Virus record (IMG/VR): IMGVR_UViG_3300032232_001064
Coordinates: 8,860 to 72,859 of that record
Strand: one strand, 5' to 3'
DNA: 64,000 bases
Source of the DNA: a virus
Taxonomy: Duplodnaviria > Caudoviricetes
The notes beneath the pieces are model-generated. The model did no database searches. It was not told the DNA's origin and was given only the letters and a program-made list of their open reading frames with translations. Positions 27,801 to 36,768 of this stretch are shown here, piece by piece. Numbering within the stretch: the stretch's first letter is position 1; each line of letters opens with the position of its first letter. The position numbers were made by a program, and so were the translations under genes.

Positions 27801-28679
27801 TTCTTCTACGGCCTCGGTTGCGGCGACGACTTCTTTTGAACCTTCAACACCAGCCGCATTGGCTGCGGCGGTTTCCTTTGCAAGATCCGAATTGCGATCC
27901 TTGGCTCGACGAAGGTTTAGATCGGCCTCTGCATACGCGAGTTCTGCCTCACGACGCGCTCTTGAGTTCGGCGGAAGATCTTGTACTCTTGCAAGCCGCT
28001 CACGAGCTTTCTCGAGTTCGATCGCTGCTTTCTTTTCGCTGATCGCAGCGTCTTCAGCGTCAAAGTTGAGTTGTTGGAGACTTTCAGCAGCGCTCTTTCG
28101 CGCTTCAGTTAGCCGATCTTCAGCGTCCGCAAGGTTCTCATCTGCCCGTGCGAGCGCCTCTCTATTCGATTCAAGAACTCTTGCTAGATTCTTTTCAGCT
28201 GTTTCAATTTGTTTTTGTTGATTAGCTCCACCGCCGCCGCTCTTTTGTTTTCCAAGCGCTTTTATTGCAGCGCCGACACCGCCAAAAGCAACCTTGGCGA
28301 CAATTGCCGCCTGTGCTATTGAAGCTAGAACGCCTGGTATGACAATAAGAGCAGGAATTGCCGCGCCTGCCTGGGCGACCAAAGCAACAAAACCAGATAC
28401 CAAGCTCGAGATTCCACTGATAGCAACACTGATTGCTGGCCCGAGAAAGTACCCGGTGGTCACCATCTTAGAAAAGGCGTCGTTGGCTGCTAGAGCTTCT
28501 TTCTTAAAACTAGAAAGTCCGCCAGAACCCTGACTTAACCCTCGCGTAAAAGAACTACCAGCTTTATTGCCAGACTCAGCGAACTTCCCGTCCATGCCGC
28601 TAAGACTTTTGTCGACGCTGTCTTTAAAGCCTTTCGTCAACGCACGGACGACAATAAACGCGTCACCGATTATCGCCAC
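24870..28679 (-). CDS. tape measure protein
   Basis: 1269 aa, helical, Trp/Phe-periodic repeats, C-terminal FADGGIV...IGEAGREAIIPL; GTG start with AGGAGG RBS; follows the tail chaperones. Confidence 0.95.
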   Translation of the reverse strand: MAIIGDAFIVVRALTKGFKDSVDKSLSGMDGKFAESGNKAGSSFTRGLSQGSGGLSSFKKEALAANDAFSKMVTTGYFLGPAISVAISGISSLVSGFVALVAQAGAAIPALIVIPGVLASIAQAAIVAKVAFGGVGAAIKALGKQKSGGGGANQQKQIETAEKNLARVLESNREALARADENLADAEDRLTEARKSAAESLQQLNFDAEDAAISEKKAAIELEKARERLARVQDLPPNSRARREAELAYAEADLNLRRAKDRNSDLAKETAAANAAGVEGSKEVVAATEAVEEATDAKARAERDALRSQVDAEEALADAKKGTAAAGGGADPLADLSKEAQDFVKYIVSIKGKFKELRAAAGKDLFPLLTQAMQTLVDKLFPVLVPMFQETGKAIGEVAVNLADVVTESSNLSELEEIGETNNVVIKDLGTAFGNLYDMMLSLLTAAGPLITEFSGWIATLTTGWKETLETKNKTGELRDMFMKAGDVAKQLGRIFRNIWEGLKDIGEAAAGPGSGGQLLMDSFEGATKKFSEFTDKLLKDGRLEKFFLDTSKNTEKLGSLATTVVKEFLKLGDNQSIGTFADKIKDVVPDVGTIIDTLTSGSPYLADFADQAVIFFKQFTETKSLEVFFGILTKALGVVNKVFGNESVQKVLLFAAGIMGGVKAFRLMSKAVGFVFRVIGGYILKAVKIVGFLIKAFEGIGMLFGGGAGIGLAVVAAIAAVVAILVMAYKKSEVFRKAIKDLVDVVWGALVDAFNEIKAVLDDVLSKFGGTEGAMKSLNSIFKTIGDVLGKYVVPIIKFGLLIVIDRLKAAIKFFIPIVAAVIKIFSAMWEVVQGIFSLFRGDMDGVKKHFSAAWRAIKDAFFLVWGAIKTFFIDIWNKISGAFSKVWEYIKKAFSAGKDFIVNAFVAVIDFFKNLPSKIGAAFADGFMWLRDKFIAVKNWLWARILDVIDFFTGLPGKIGAAFADGFMWLRDKFTEVKDWLWQRILDIIAFYRGLPSRLGEAFADGFMWLRTKFTAVKDWIALRITDVVNFFINLPGRIGSAFADGFSWIKTKMTEAKNWVSDRIGDIVGFVSGLTGRIATGFARGFYWIKDKMTEAKDWVSDRIDNIVNFVKGIPDRISKFASGLFDGIKNAAKSAFNAVASVWNNTVGKLSFHIPDWVPLIGGKGFDVPDIPLFADGGIVNKATLALIGEAGREAIIPLTNQARAMQIMKQSGLAEMVKNDPLNRDRSGGTIIHLNVYPSKGMDEAELAAMVSRQLAFQLRRGAA
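25340..25950 (-). repeat. about five tandem 120-nt (40-aa) repeats in the tape measure gene
   Basis: CGTAGCCACATGAAGCCATC recurs at about 25642, 25762 and 25882; protein unit IDFFxxLPxKIGAAFADGFMWLRDKFxxVKxWLWxRIxDV. Confidence 0.9.
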
Positions 28680-28730
28680 GTGTACTCGCCTCCTTGCGTT
28701 ACGTCAAACAGAATTCTACAACGAATTAGA

Positions 28731-29180
28731 CTACCCTAGTGGAGCGTCAATTCCGGCGCCAAAAGGTAGTCTAGATGCGGTATTCGGTGTCGTTGCGGGG
28801 ATAAAGCGTTTTGGAGGAATGGCAAATGCCTTGTCCTCCATCTCGACAGGCACCGGCACGTCGCCGATGTCGTCGTCGTGGCTGAGTTCGTCGCCGATCT
28901 CTGACGGATCAAAACCTGAAGTAGACGCGCTCTTTCCATAGTCATAGTTGCGACCATACATTTCTTGATACAGAGTTGTACGGACGTTTTCTTTGACGTC
29001 CAAAGCTTCTTTAGTAGAAGACGACGTCACATCTTCTTCGAAAATGAAATGAATAACGTCAAGCATGTCGCTTAGAAGAAGTTCTGCTAGTCGAACATTT
29101 GACATTATCGCTTTGCCGTTAACATACGGCCAGAGGTCTATTGCCCAGCGGGTGAGACCTCTGACCGTGTCGTAGGGCGC
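28731..29180 (-). CDS. tail assembly chaperone, frameshift (GT-like) portion
   Basis: The ORF annotated from 29105 stays open upstream in the -1 frame to about 29180 (PYDTVRGLTRWAIDLWPYVNGKAIM...), overlapping the end of the G-like gene. Confidence 0.7.
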   Translation of the reverse strand, partial: APYDTVRGLTRWAIDLWPYVNGKAIMSNVRLAELLLSDMLDVIHFIFEEDVTSSSTKEALDVKENVRTTLYQEMYGRNYDYGKSASTSGFDPSEIGDELSHDDDIGDVPVPVEMEDKAFAIPPKRFIPATTPNTASRLPFGAGIDAPLG

Positions 29181-29491
29181 TCACCGTACGTCTCCATCAA
29201 CCATGACACGATCTCCATGAGCTGCTCGATCGTGACGATTCGATCGGGATCCATGCACAGTGTTGAAAAGCGAGCAGCACTCTCAGGAAGAAGAACAAAG
29301 TCAAAGAAATCAGTGATGACCTGCGCGTTTGCCGCGGCATCATTTTCATCTGCAGACCGTGTAGCAAGGTCAAGCATGACCTTGCCCGGAATCTGCGCGC
29401 GGCACTGGAAGTCTTCGCCGTACAGCTTAAATGAAATTGCCTCACTGTTGTCAGCTGTTACAGGTGAGCCAAAGTCTCTAAACTTTGTCAT
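29138..29491 (-). CDS. tail assembly chaperone (G-like)
   Basis: ATG 29491 with GGAG RBS; ISFKLYGEDF..., ends YGERPT..; located two genes before TMP. Confidence 0.8.
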   Translation of the reverse strand: MTKFRDFGSPVTADNSEAISFKLYGEDFQCRAQIPGKVMLDLATRSADENDAAANAQVITDFFDFVLLPESAARFSTLCMDPDRIVTIEQLMEIVSWLMETYGERPTTRSEVSPAGQ

Positions 29492-29600
29492 TTTCACATC
29501 TCCATGTGTGTCGTGGTATGTCGTGTAGACATCCGTCTGCTGGTAATTGTATACTGTCGTCTTCTTTGTAGTTGAAAAACTACACGTCACTCAGCGATGA

Positions 29601-29987
29601 CTATATTAGAGCCAGCGGCAGGTTATCTGTAAGATACTTGTTCCCGCGGGTGCCAGGGTGCATAACTACGTGAGTGTATACCATTCCACCGCGGCCACGA
29701 AACTTCAGCATGTGTGGCGGCTTTGAAACGATCACGTGTGGCTTTGTGCCTTCGTGCGCCATTAGTGCATAACTCAAAGGTGAGCCGACGCGGACTCCAG
29801 GTCCTATGGCGCTTCGATCAAAGTTCTTATTTATAGAAATCTTCAACGCGCCTGTTCTGGAGCCGGCCTGCGCCTTGGCCGCCATCATAACTTTATTCGC
29901 GCGAGATTCCATGTTGCGTCCGACCATACCTGATCTGCTATTTAGCATATGATCAAGTTCTGCATAGCGCCAAACTATTACTGTCAC
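29601..29987 (-). CDS. neck / tail-completion protein (HK97 gp10-like)
   Basis: RTGALKISI...VGSPLSYALMAHEGTKPH...VMHPGT.GNKYL. Confidence 0.75.
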   Translation of the reverse strand: MTVIVWRYAELDHMLNSRSGMVGRNMESRANKVMMAAKAQAGSRTGALKISINKNFDRSAIGPGVRVGSPLSYALMAHEGTKPHVIVSKPPHMLKFRGRGGMVYTHVVMHPGTRGNKYLTDNLPLALI

Positions 29988-30496
29988 GGCACTGCCATCG
30001 TCAACTGCAACGTGACTAGTTGAAATCCACCTTCTGGAGGAGGAAGTTCCAGTGTCCCGATGGTTCCAATAGAAAAACCGAGTGACTCATCCCACATATC
30101 AAGTTCGTTGATTGACTGAAGCAAGATCCACGAGTCGATCGCACTGATCCGTGACGCGTCCTCGATAGCTGTTGCGGCAGGAGGACGACCGCCGGCGCCA
30201 ACCGTGGGAATCTGTCTTGCAACAGTGATCAGCACAACAACTGTGCGTGGCATGTTGCATTTTTGCGGCATCGACTCCTGTGACCCAGGTGGACCAAGAT
30301 ACCCCTGCACAAGCGTCACCGTGAGTTGCTCGCAGTCAATCGCGGACTGTCCTGTTGCCCAATAACGTCGTGACGGCAGCGGCATCGAATACGACGCGTA
30401 CGTGTTTATCACGCGCTCGAGGATACCGTCCATCATGTCGGCGATGTTCATTGCGTCGGGTGAGACGCCTGAGATGTCGATGAGCGCCACGATCAC
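29984..30496 (-). CDS. putative tail terminator / neck protein
   Basis: Position between adaptor and gp10-like gene; IDCEQLTV and GG...V.L pattern. Confidence 0.6.
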   Translation of the reverse strand: MIVALIDISGVSPDAMNIADMMDGILERVINTYASYSMPLPSRRYWATGQSAIDCEQLTVTLVQGYLGPPGSQESMPQKCNMPRTVVVLITVARQIPTVGAGGRPPAATAIEDASRISAIDSWILLQSINELDMWDESLGFSIGTIGTLELPPPEGGFQLVTLQLTMAVP

Positions 30497-31869
30497 ACCA
30501 CCGAGTACGCGTTGATTGCCGAACCAGACAGCGCCACGCGGAGGTTTCCAGAGCAGACGTAAGTGTAGTCTTGGCCACCTGAAATGTTCGGTCGGACAGC
30601 GTAAAGATCCCAGGTACCTGGGTCGATCATGCCGAGCACGGCAAGTGTCTCGCTATAGCCGATCGTGATCGCGATTCTGTTATCGCTACTTGTCGAAGTC
30701 ACGGTTCCAGATGCGGACGTTTCTGCGACATTGGCTGCAGTTTTTTGGTACTGAACAGTTGTTGGAGAAGGCACATTGTGAACCACGTATGAACCGTTGA
30801 ATGTCGCATCGACGCCAGCGACAGTTATCTGCACTCCCGGATACAGCCCGTGCGCCGTTGACGTTGTGAGAATTGCCATGTTGCTGGTCAACTCTTTGCG
30901 TGCAACAGTCGATGAGGACGTTGTCGGGTCGCTGATGATAGCGGCCGCGGCTGCTAAAACCGCTGTCGTGGTTTCAGAGTAGTTATTGATGCGGACCTCA
31001 GGAGTCCATCCGCTACCGTCTATGAAGAATGATGCGTTGATGTCAGACAACGCAACGTCAATTCCACCTGTTCCGCTTGTTGCAGCTGTGACATTGATAT
31101 CGAGGTCGCTCGTTGCGAGCTTTCGATCCTTAGGAGTGTTCCGTCGTGCGCGAGGAACGTCAGGAGAAAATACCCGGGCCTTTGCTCGCGCCTTGTCGGG
31201 ATTTACTGACTTAAGAAACATGTCGACAACGTACAGACCAGTGCGAAGGTCTTCGACAAAGTCCTGTGAATCGAGCAGCGTGTATGAGACACCCTGTCGA
31301 GCGATTGATGTAACGCGTTGCGGAAGTTCGCAGACATCACCTGACCACAACTTAGCGAACTCGATCGCAAGCGTGCGTGCGGCCATCTTTCCAAGTGTCG
31401 GCGGTTCAATGCCGTACGAGTATGTGATCTCAATGTTGCACGGGGTCCACGGAACGCCGACCGCCGCCTGCATCGTCGAGTGGTCGACAAGATAATACTT
31501 ATTCGGACTGATGATCTTGCCGGACCGGTCGCGCACTGTGTGAATCTTAGTCACAGGCCGTCCACGCAGTCGAATTCGCGACGATGACGTTGTGCCATCG
31601 GCAGTTATGCCTTCATAGAAGTCGAGGTTGTCGCTGTAGAAGTTAGCGACGTCTCCGTCAACAAGCACGGCCTGGGTATTATTGGTCGACGGGCCATAGC
31701 GATACACGCGACCGGCGCAGATATAGCGCTCAGTGACAGTGGTGATGCCGCTGTACTTGCGACCGGACAGCGCCCACATAAGGTTCGACGCAGCTTTTGC
31801 CGCCTCGTATGAAAATTCGGTTTCTGCGTACGCCCCGAGTTCCTCAGGAGTGACCCACAGGTTCGACAT
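30493..31869 (-). CDS. head-to-tail adaptor with C-terminal extension
   Basis: AASNLMWALSGRKY...ITYSYGIEPP...LAIEFAK...LPQRVTSIARQGVS...GLYVVDMFL is the actinophage adaptor pattern. Confidence 0.8.
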   Translation of the reverse strand: MSNLWVTPEELGAYAETEFSYEAAKAASNLMWALSGRKYSGITTVTERYICAGRVYRYGPSTNNTQAVLVDGDVANFYSDNLDFYEGITADGTTSSSRIRLRGRPVTKIHTVRDRSGKIISPNKYYLVDHSTMQAAVGVPWTPCNIEITYSYGIEPPTLGKMAARTLAIEFAKLWSGDVCELPQRVTSIARQGVSYTLLDSQDFVEDLRTGLYVVDMFLKSVNPDKARAKARVFSPDVPRARRNTPKDRKLATSDLDINVTAATSGTGGIDVALSDINASFFIDGSGWTPEVRINNYSETTTAVLAAAAAIISDPTTSSSTVARKELTSNMAILTTSTAHGLYPGVQITVAGVDATFNGSYVVHNVPSPTTVQYQKTAANVAETSASGTVTSTSSDNRIAITIGYSETLAVLGMIDPGTWDLYAVRPNISGGQDYTYVCSGNLRVALSGSAINAYSVV

Positions 31870-31899
31870 CTTTCCTCGTCTTTCTCAGTGCAGACTGAA

Positions 31900-31938
31900 A
31901 CGGCGCGTCCTATGTATTCTATACACAGAACGCGCCGT
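31900..31938 (-). terminator. intrinsic terminator after the major tail gene
   Basis: ACGGCGCGT/ACGCGCCGT outer stem extended by 9 inner pairs (2 G-U) around an AGA loop, followed by TTC. Confidence 0.75.
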
Positions 31939-31956
31939 CTACAGTTAGGTGCTTGA

Positions 31957-33015
31957 TTAGACTGTCGGATCGAGCGCCGATGCGATGATGAAGTCGATCG
32001 GCAGATCAGCGTTGTAGTTGACGTTACCAGGCGTGTTGTACGCTGTGGTCGAAATTTGCGTAGCAGCAGCGAAGTCATTGACGTCGCGGCTACCGGCCGT
32101 GCAAGTCGCCGTACCAGTGGCGGCACCGGCAGCGATTGTGCCGGTTGCTGCTGTGTTGTACGTGAACGTTGTCGTTGTCGGTGCGGCGACAATCGTGAAC
32201 GTGCCGTTCAACGGAGCAAACGTCGTGGTAAGTCCGGAAACCACAACAGTGTCGCCAGCCACGAAGCCGTGGGCAGCTGCCGTCGTGATTGTGGCGAGCG
32301 TACCTGTACGACCGGCGTTGTTGATCGTCGCAATGATGTCCGGGTGCCAGGTGTAGAAGCCCTTGCGACCGGTGGGAGCCCAGCTTGCACGAGCGTACGA
32401 GTACGGACGCTCCACTGCTGTCGGGAATTCCCAGCGATCATCGAGGCCGTTGGCAAACGCGGTATTTCCAAGAGCGTAGCCTTCGAATGTTGTGGCGATC
32501 ATGCCGTTTTCGATCACACGGTCACCGGACAGGCGGAGGCGGCAGTACGGGAACACCCAGTAGAAGTAGGGGTTGCTTGCCGCGCGCTTGCCGCTCGCTA
32601 CCGCGAACGACCACACCTCAATCGCAACACCGAGACCAGCCGGGTCGTCGCCTACGGCAGGAGATGCCCAGCCGATGCTCTTGCGGTTGGGAACGGAGAA
32701 CGTTCCGTAGTTCTTACGAAGTAGCAGACCACCAGAGATAAGGTTGGTAAGCTCGGGATCGGGTTCGCAGATGGCGAGTTCCATGGTCACGCGCTTCAGC
32801 GTGTCAGGCGACTGATACGAAACGCAGATTGTGCCGTTAGCGGACTTCTCTACGATTTCATCGCCTTGTTCGTACTCAGGCGTAAACGACAGACGCATGA
32901 ACGCGCTGGTCGTGTAGCTATCGCCATCGTTGTTCAGCAAGTTACCAGCGGCATCAAGACGCGTGACGCGAATTGATACGCCCTGAATACTCGCGGCATA
33001 GTCTTGAGTTGCCAT
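31957..33015 (-). CDS. major tail (tube) protein with C-terminal beta module
   Basis: IRVTRLDAAG...YEQGDEIVEKSANGTICV...LAICEPDPEL...YFYWVFP pattern; highly expressed codon usage. Confidence 0.85.
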   Translation of the reverse strand: MATQDYAASIQGVSIRVTRLDAAGNLLNNDGDSYTTSAFMRLSFTPEYEQGDEIVEKSANGTICVSYQSPDTLKRVTMELAICEPDPELTNLISGGLLLRKNYGTFSVPNRKSIGWASPAVGDDPAGLGVAIEVWSFAVASGKRAASNPYFYWVFPYCRLRLSGDRVIENGMIATTFEGYALGNTAFANGLDDRWEFPTAVERPYSYARASWAPTGRKGFYTWHPDIIATINNAGRTGTLATITTAAAHGFVAGDTVVVSGLTTTFAPLNGTFTIVAAPTTTTFTYNTAATGTIAAGAATGTATCTAGSRDVNDFAAATQISTTAYNTPGNVNYNADLPIDFIIASALDPTV

Positions 33016-33039
33016 CTGATTCTCCTCAGTAAAGGTGTG

Positions 33040-34134
33040 TTACGCAGTCAAGTTGACTTTGACAGCGAGGTGGATCGAAGGATCGAAGTACGCCGCGGCT
33101 GGCCGCATCGCCTTGATCTTCATGTCGTTCTTGTTACCTGATACATCATATCCCTGTGCCAGACTGTCGTTTGTGACGGTGATCTCGCCCAGGAATGCGT
33201 GTACAGCTCCTGTTGCGTAGATCCACTTTGCCGTGTCGCTACCTTGCATCTGCGCTGTCGCGTAGCCGGTAGGCGCAGTTGCTGTGAAGTTAGACGTGGT
33301 CTTGGCAAATGTAAACGTCGTGCTGTTTACAACTGTCACAGTGTAGATACCACCAAAGTCGACTGCACCGACAATAGCGTCGATGTCGACCGATTCGCCG
33401 GTAACTAGGTAGTGCGGCGTCGCGGTCACGACCGTAACCAGGTTTCCACCTGATACAGCGACTGTAGAGATATTTGTGTGCGGGCCGTCACCGGTATAGC
33501 CGGAGCCGATAACACACGGCGTGCCTGTTGCGGTTTGAATGTGCTCTTTACCCTCACTATGGATAAACACACCGCTGTTTGTAGCGATCAAAAAGAAAGC
33601 GTCACGGGTGAGGTGAATCACTCCGTGCTCGCCTGCAGGCGACATTTCGCCGGCGTAGTGCTCAAGAAGCGACATCGCGCGGGTCGGCGAAAACGCGGCA
33701 CCTGCACCGATAACTGTGACTGTCGACTTCGATAGATAGACGTTAGGAAGCGACTTCGCGAGAATGATCTCGCCGTTCCAGAGTTCGTATTCGAGCGCCT
33801 TCTGAGTACAACCCTCAAGTTGTTTTGTGACGCGGTCGAAGCGATCTTCACCAGGAATATCAAATGTCGAACGCTGATCTTCTACTTCAATAAAGATAGG
33901 CTCGACGCGCTCGTAAATTGCCACGCCGGGGTTTGAAGAAATGACGAATGACACATTCGAGGTTTCGTCCCAGTTGCGGACGTAGTTCGGTCGTGTGAGG
34001 TATTCTTGCGAAAACCCACGAACCCAGCGGTTGCCTGTGTCGCTGTCGTCAGTAAGTGTAGGCTTGGCATAGGCAAATAGGCCAAATTCAGTGGGCTCAA
34101 TTTTCGGAGCTTTTTGGATTCCATTGAATGCCAT
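33040..34134 (-). CDS. capsid-associated minor/decoration protein
   Basis: Immediately after the MCP; RWVRGF, LEYELWNG, GTPCVIGSGY, WIYATG pattern seen in actinophage post-capsid genes; carries one inserted beta module. Confidence 0.6.
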   Translation of the reverse strand: MAFNGIQKAPKIEPTEFGLFAYAKPTLTDDSDTGNRWVRGFSQEYLTRPNYVRNWDETSNVSFVISSNPGVAIYERVEPIFIEVEDQRSTFDIPGEDRFDRVTKQLEGCTQKALEYELWNGEIILAKSLPNVYLSKSTVTVIGAGAAFSPTRAMSLLEHYAGEMSPAGEHGVIHLTRDAFFLIATNSGVFIHSEGKEHIQTATGTPCVIGSGYTGDGPHTNISTVAVSGGNLVTVVTATPHYLVTGESVDIDAIVGAVDFGGIYTVTVVNSTTFTFAKTTSNFTATAPTGYATAQMQGSDTAKWIYATGAVHAFLGEITVTNDSLAQGYDVSGNKNDMKIKAMRPAAAYFDPSIHLAVKVNLTA

Positions 34135-34177
34135 GATCCCTGGTCCTTACTTATTCGTTCGAGTAACAAATTCGTCT

Positions 34178-34209
34178 TGGGGAGGTGCCCCTTGCGGAGC
34201 ACCTCCCCA
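34178..34209 (-). terminator. GC-rich hairpin after the major capsid gene
   Basis: TGGGGAGGTGCTCC-GCAA-GGGGCACCTCCCCA on the minus strand: 14-bp stem with GNRA loop, no long U tract. Confidence 0.7.
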
Positions 34210-34229
34210 GCGACGATAGTTGCTTTGGA

Positions 34230-36071
34230 TCAGTACTCGATCGCGGCGGCTGTGGCGCCACCAGTGGTGTCACGGAGGGCGGCAGCCACACCGTTGACGC
34301 TCACTGTCGAGGTGATCTTCAGGGACTCGACGCCGACCTTGGCGACACCTTCGAAGGTCTCAACGAACATGCGGTAGTCGTTGGTTCCGAGGAGGGTAGA
34401 GTCGCGGACGATGCCCAGGTCGAGAGTACCGCCGTCGAGGAACAGGAACGTGCCCTCGGCGAAGATGTACCAGTCGAACGAGTCCGGGAACTCGAGCATC
34501 GCGCCAGCGCTCTGTGCACCGAACACTGTCATGTCAGGCGACCAAGTGATGTCCACGCCGCGAACCGCGAGGTAGCCCTCGATCTCCGCGTCGGTCGCCG
34601 CGATGCTATTGTCACCGGGCATCGCGAGCGCGAGGTCAGCACGCATGGCGTTCTTTACCCAGGCGGGAGCGACTACGGTGAGCTGCATGTTGGGATCGAG
34701 ACGGTGACGGCTGCGGTACGCAGCAGCTGCACGGCCGATCTGCACGAGGTAGTCGCGAGCAACGCCGATGAGGCTCGTCGACGTCACAGCTGTCGAGCCA
34801 GCGTCGAGCTTCGACACTAGATACTGCTCAGCTTCGCGAGCGTGCTGGATAAGAGCAAGCTCGTTGTGACGGGCGATGAGTTCCGGGTACGCACGTGTCA
34901 TGAGGTTGCCGAACTTGAGCTGTAGGGTCACAGCGTCGGTCGCGACAGTGGTCTCAGTAGCAGCCGAGACGCTGAGGCTGTTCTTCACGGTGGTGCCGGG
35001 GCTGGTATCAACCACGTTCGTCCACACGCCGATGGCCGAGTCGTAGTCGCTGAGCACGGGCGGGACGATGTAGCGGATACCGCCACGGTCGGCCTGGAAG
35101 CGGGGAAGCGAGTCGCGGATCGGACGCTCGTTCGTACCGAAACCGAAGATGTCGTACTTGACCTCGAACGGTGTGCTGTGGCCACCTGAAGCGACTAGGG
35201 CCTCGGGGCTAGCAACTGCCTTGATCTTGCTGACGTTGGTGTCGGTGTCTTGGTTGAGGATCCGGGCTTCCGGATACTTGGTCGTGAGTGACGCCACGAT
35301 GTGCTGTTCGCCGTCGCCGCCCTTTACACGGCGAAGACCGTGTAGACGTGCGGCCATGGCCTCGGCGACTTCAGTGGCTGAGCTCATCTGCGAGCCGGCG
35401 GTGTATCCAGGAATGTCAGCGCCTGCGGTGATGACCACCGGAGCCGTTGCCTTCTGGATCGGACGACGGTCAGCAGGAGCCTGGATCTCTACTTCGAGAG
35501 CTCCGTCTTCGGCTGCGGCAGTCATTGGTGCCTCCTGATCTTTCTGCTCTTCCTGAGCTACTTCAGTGTTGGTGAGTTCGGCCACTTCGGCCACTTCGAC
35601 AGCAGCTTCCGCTACGGCCGGTGTTTCTGTACTTGCTACTTCTTCGGTCGAAAGCTCAGATGCTTCCACAGTCTCAGTTGACGCCATAGCAGGAGCAGCC
35701 GGAGCTGTCTTCTTCTCCTCTTCCTCTGACGCAGGAGTCTCAGCGGCGGGCATCTCTTCAGCTGCCGGCTTCTCCTCTTCGCCTTCGCCTTCGTAGGCTT
35801 CAGGCATATCTTCCTCGACGGCTGCATGTACACGGCTGGCTGCCTCGGCTGCACGAGCTGTAAGCTCCTGAGCCTGGGCCTCGCGACGCTTTGCCTCGCC
35901 GCGCACCGTGTCAAGCATGTCGGCAAGAGTCGTCATGGTCTCAACTGTTTCTGGGGTAGGATCTTCGCCCTCGACCGTATCGAACTCGGTCACAATCGCG
36001 GTTTGCAGCTCGACGATTTGGTCGTCGGTCAGCGTGTCAATCGTGTCGAGCATCTGCTTGATACGGTCCAC
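34230..36071 (-). CDS. major capsid protein (HK97 fold) with N-terminal scaffold/delta region
   Basis: GTG with GGAGG RBS; acidic helical N-terminal ~200 aa; ALVASGGH, LPRFQADRGGIRY, FLFLDGGTLDLGIVRDSTL..TNDY..FVETFEG C-terminal pattern. Confidence 0.92.
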   Translation of the reverse strand: MDRIKQMLDTIDTLTDDQIVELQTAIVTEFDTVEGEDPTPETVETMTTLADMLDTVRGEAKRREAQAQELTARAAEAASRVHAAVEEDMPEAYEGEGEEEKPAAEEMPAAETPASEEEEKKTAPAAPAMASTETVEASELSTEEVASTETPAVAEAAVEVAEVAELTNTEVAQEEQKDQEAPMTAAAEDGALEVEIQAPADRRPIQKATAPVVITAGADIPGYTAGSQMSSATEVAEAMAARLHGLRRVKGGDGEQHIVASLTTKYPEARILNQDTDTNVSKIKAVASPEALVASGGHSTPFEVKYDIFGFGTNERPIRDSLPRFQADRGGIRYIVPPVLSDYDSAIGVWTNVVDTSPGTTVKNSLSVSAATETTVATDAVTLQLKFGNLMTRAYPELIARHNELALIQHAREAEQYLVSKLDAGSTAVTSTSLIGVARDYLVQIGRAAAAYRSRHRLDPNMQLTVVAPAWVKNAMRADLALAMPGDNSIAATDAEIEGYLAVRGVDITWSPDMTVFGAQSAGAMLEFPDSFDWYIFAEGTFLFLDGGTLDLGIVRDSTLLGTNDYRMFVETFEGVAKVGVESLKITSTVSVNGVAAALRDTTGGATAAAIEY

Positions 36072-36180
36072 TGTCCCTCCTCCGGGCCAGTCAGGACAGC
36101 GCAGGTTTGCGCTGTCTCGGGGTTCTGTCCAAGGGAGGGACTCTCATACACTGACGCATGGAGGCACTCACCTGTTGAAT

Positions 36181-36189
36181 ACAATAACA
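36181..36189 (-). promoter_or_regulatory. candidate extended -10 promoter for the capsid gene (TGTTATTGT)
   Basis: TG-N-TAnnnT about 110 nt upstream of the MCP start. Confidence 0.4.
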
Positions 36190-36195
36190 TAAGTT

Positions 36196-36768
36196 CTATG
36201 TAAGCAATCTTAAAAGTGTGCTCATCTCGGACGACACCTCTCTTTGAGAAAAGAGGTCGCTGCCGCCCTGGTAGCCGCGAAGCTTGCCGGTTGCTTCGTC
36301 CGCGTCTTCTTTGCCGATCTTTGCTTCGACGCGCTTTGTCATCTCTTCAATGAGATCTTTCAGCACTGGCGGCAGGTCGGAAAACTTTACTTTGGCGGTG
36401 TCTTGACCAAAAGGCAGCGGAAGGTTGGCCATCACTTGGCCTAAAAGCCTTGCAGATTCACGCACATTCTCAAGAGATTGCGAGTTTAGTGCGCCAGTAT
36501 CGAGTCTTTCAAGCAACGACTTAAGCTGTTGCGCCGACGAAGCAGCTTGCTTATAGTTGCCGGCGTTCAGCATGATGTCAAGTTCTTCAGCGCGTTCAAG
36601 AGATCGTTGTAGCCCAGACACGCCAAGGTTTTCCTTGATACGCGCAAGGACCACACGGAATTTGCCCTTAGCGTCTCGGGGTTGATCCTTGCCAGACGTG
36701 TAGATCGTGTTCTCACGATCGTATTTTGCCGCAGCTAAAACTGCATCTGGACTAAAAGCCTCAGTCAT
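36196..36768 (-). CDS. hypothetical head-module protein
   Basis: 190 aa, coupled to the protease gene; carries QPRDAKGKF motif. Confidence 0.75.
   Translation of the reverse strand: MTEAFSPDAVLAAAKYDRENTIYTSGKDQPRDAKGKFRVVLARIKENLGVSGLQRSLERAEELDIMLNAGNYKQAASSAQQLKSLLERLDTGALNSQSLENVRESARLLGQVMANLPLPFGQDTAKVKFSDLPPVLKDLIEEMTKRVEAKIGKEDADEATGKLRGYQGGSDLFSQREVSSEMSTLLRLLT

Noticed and set aside
19890-33480. Diversity-generating retroelement (TR/VR) explanation for the repeated tail modules
   Set aside because: No reverse transcriptase gene is in the window, and the copies differ at all bases rather than only at adenines.
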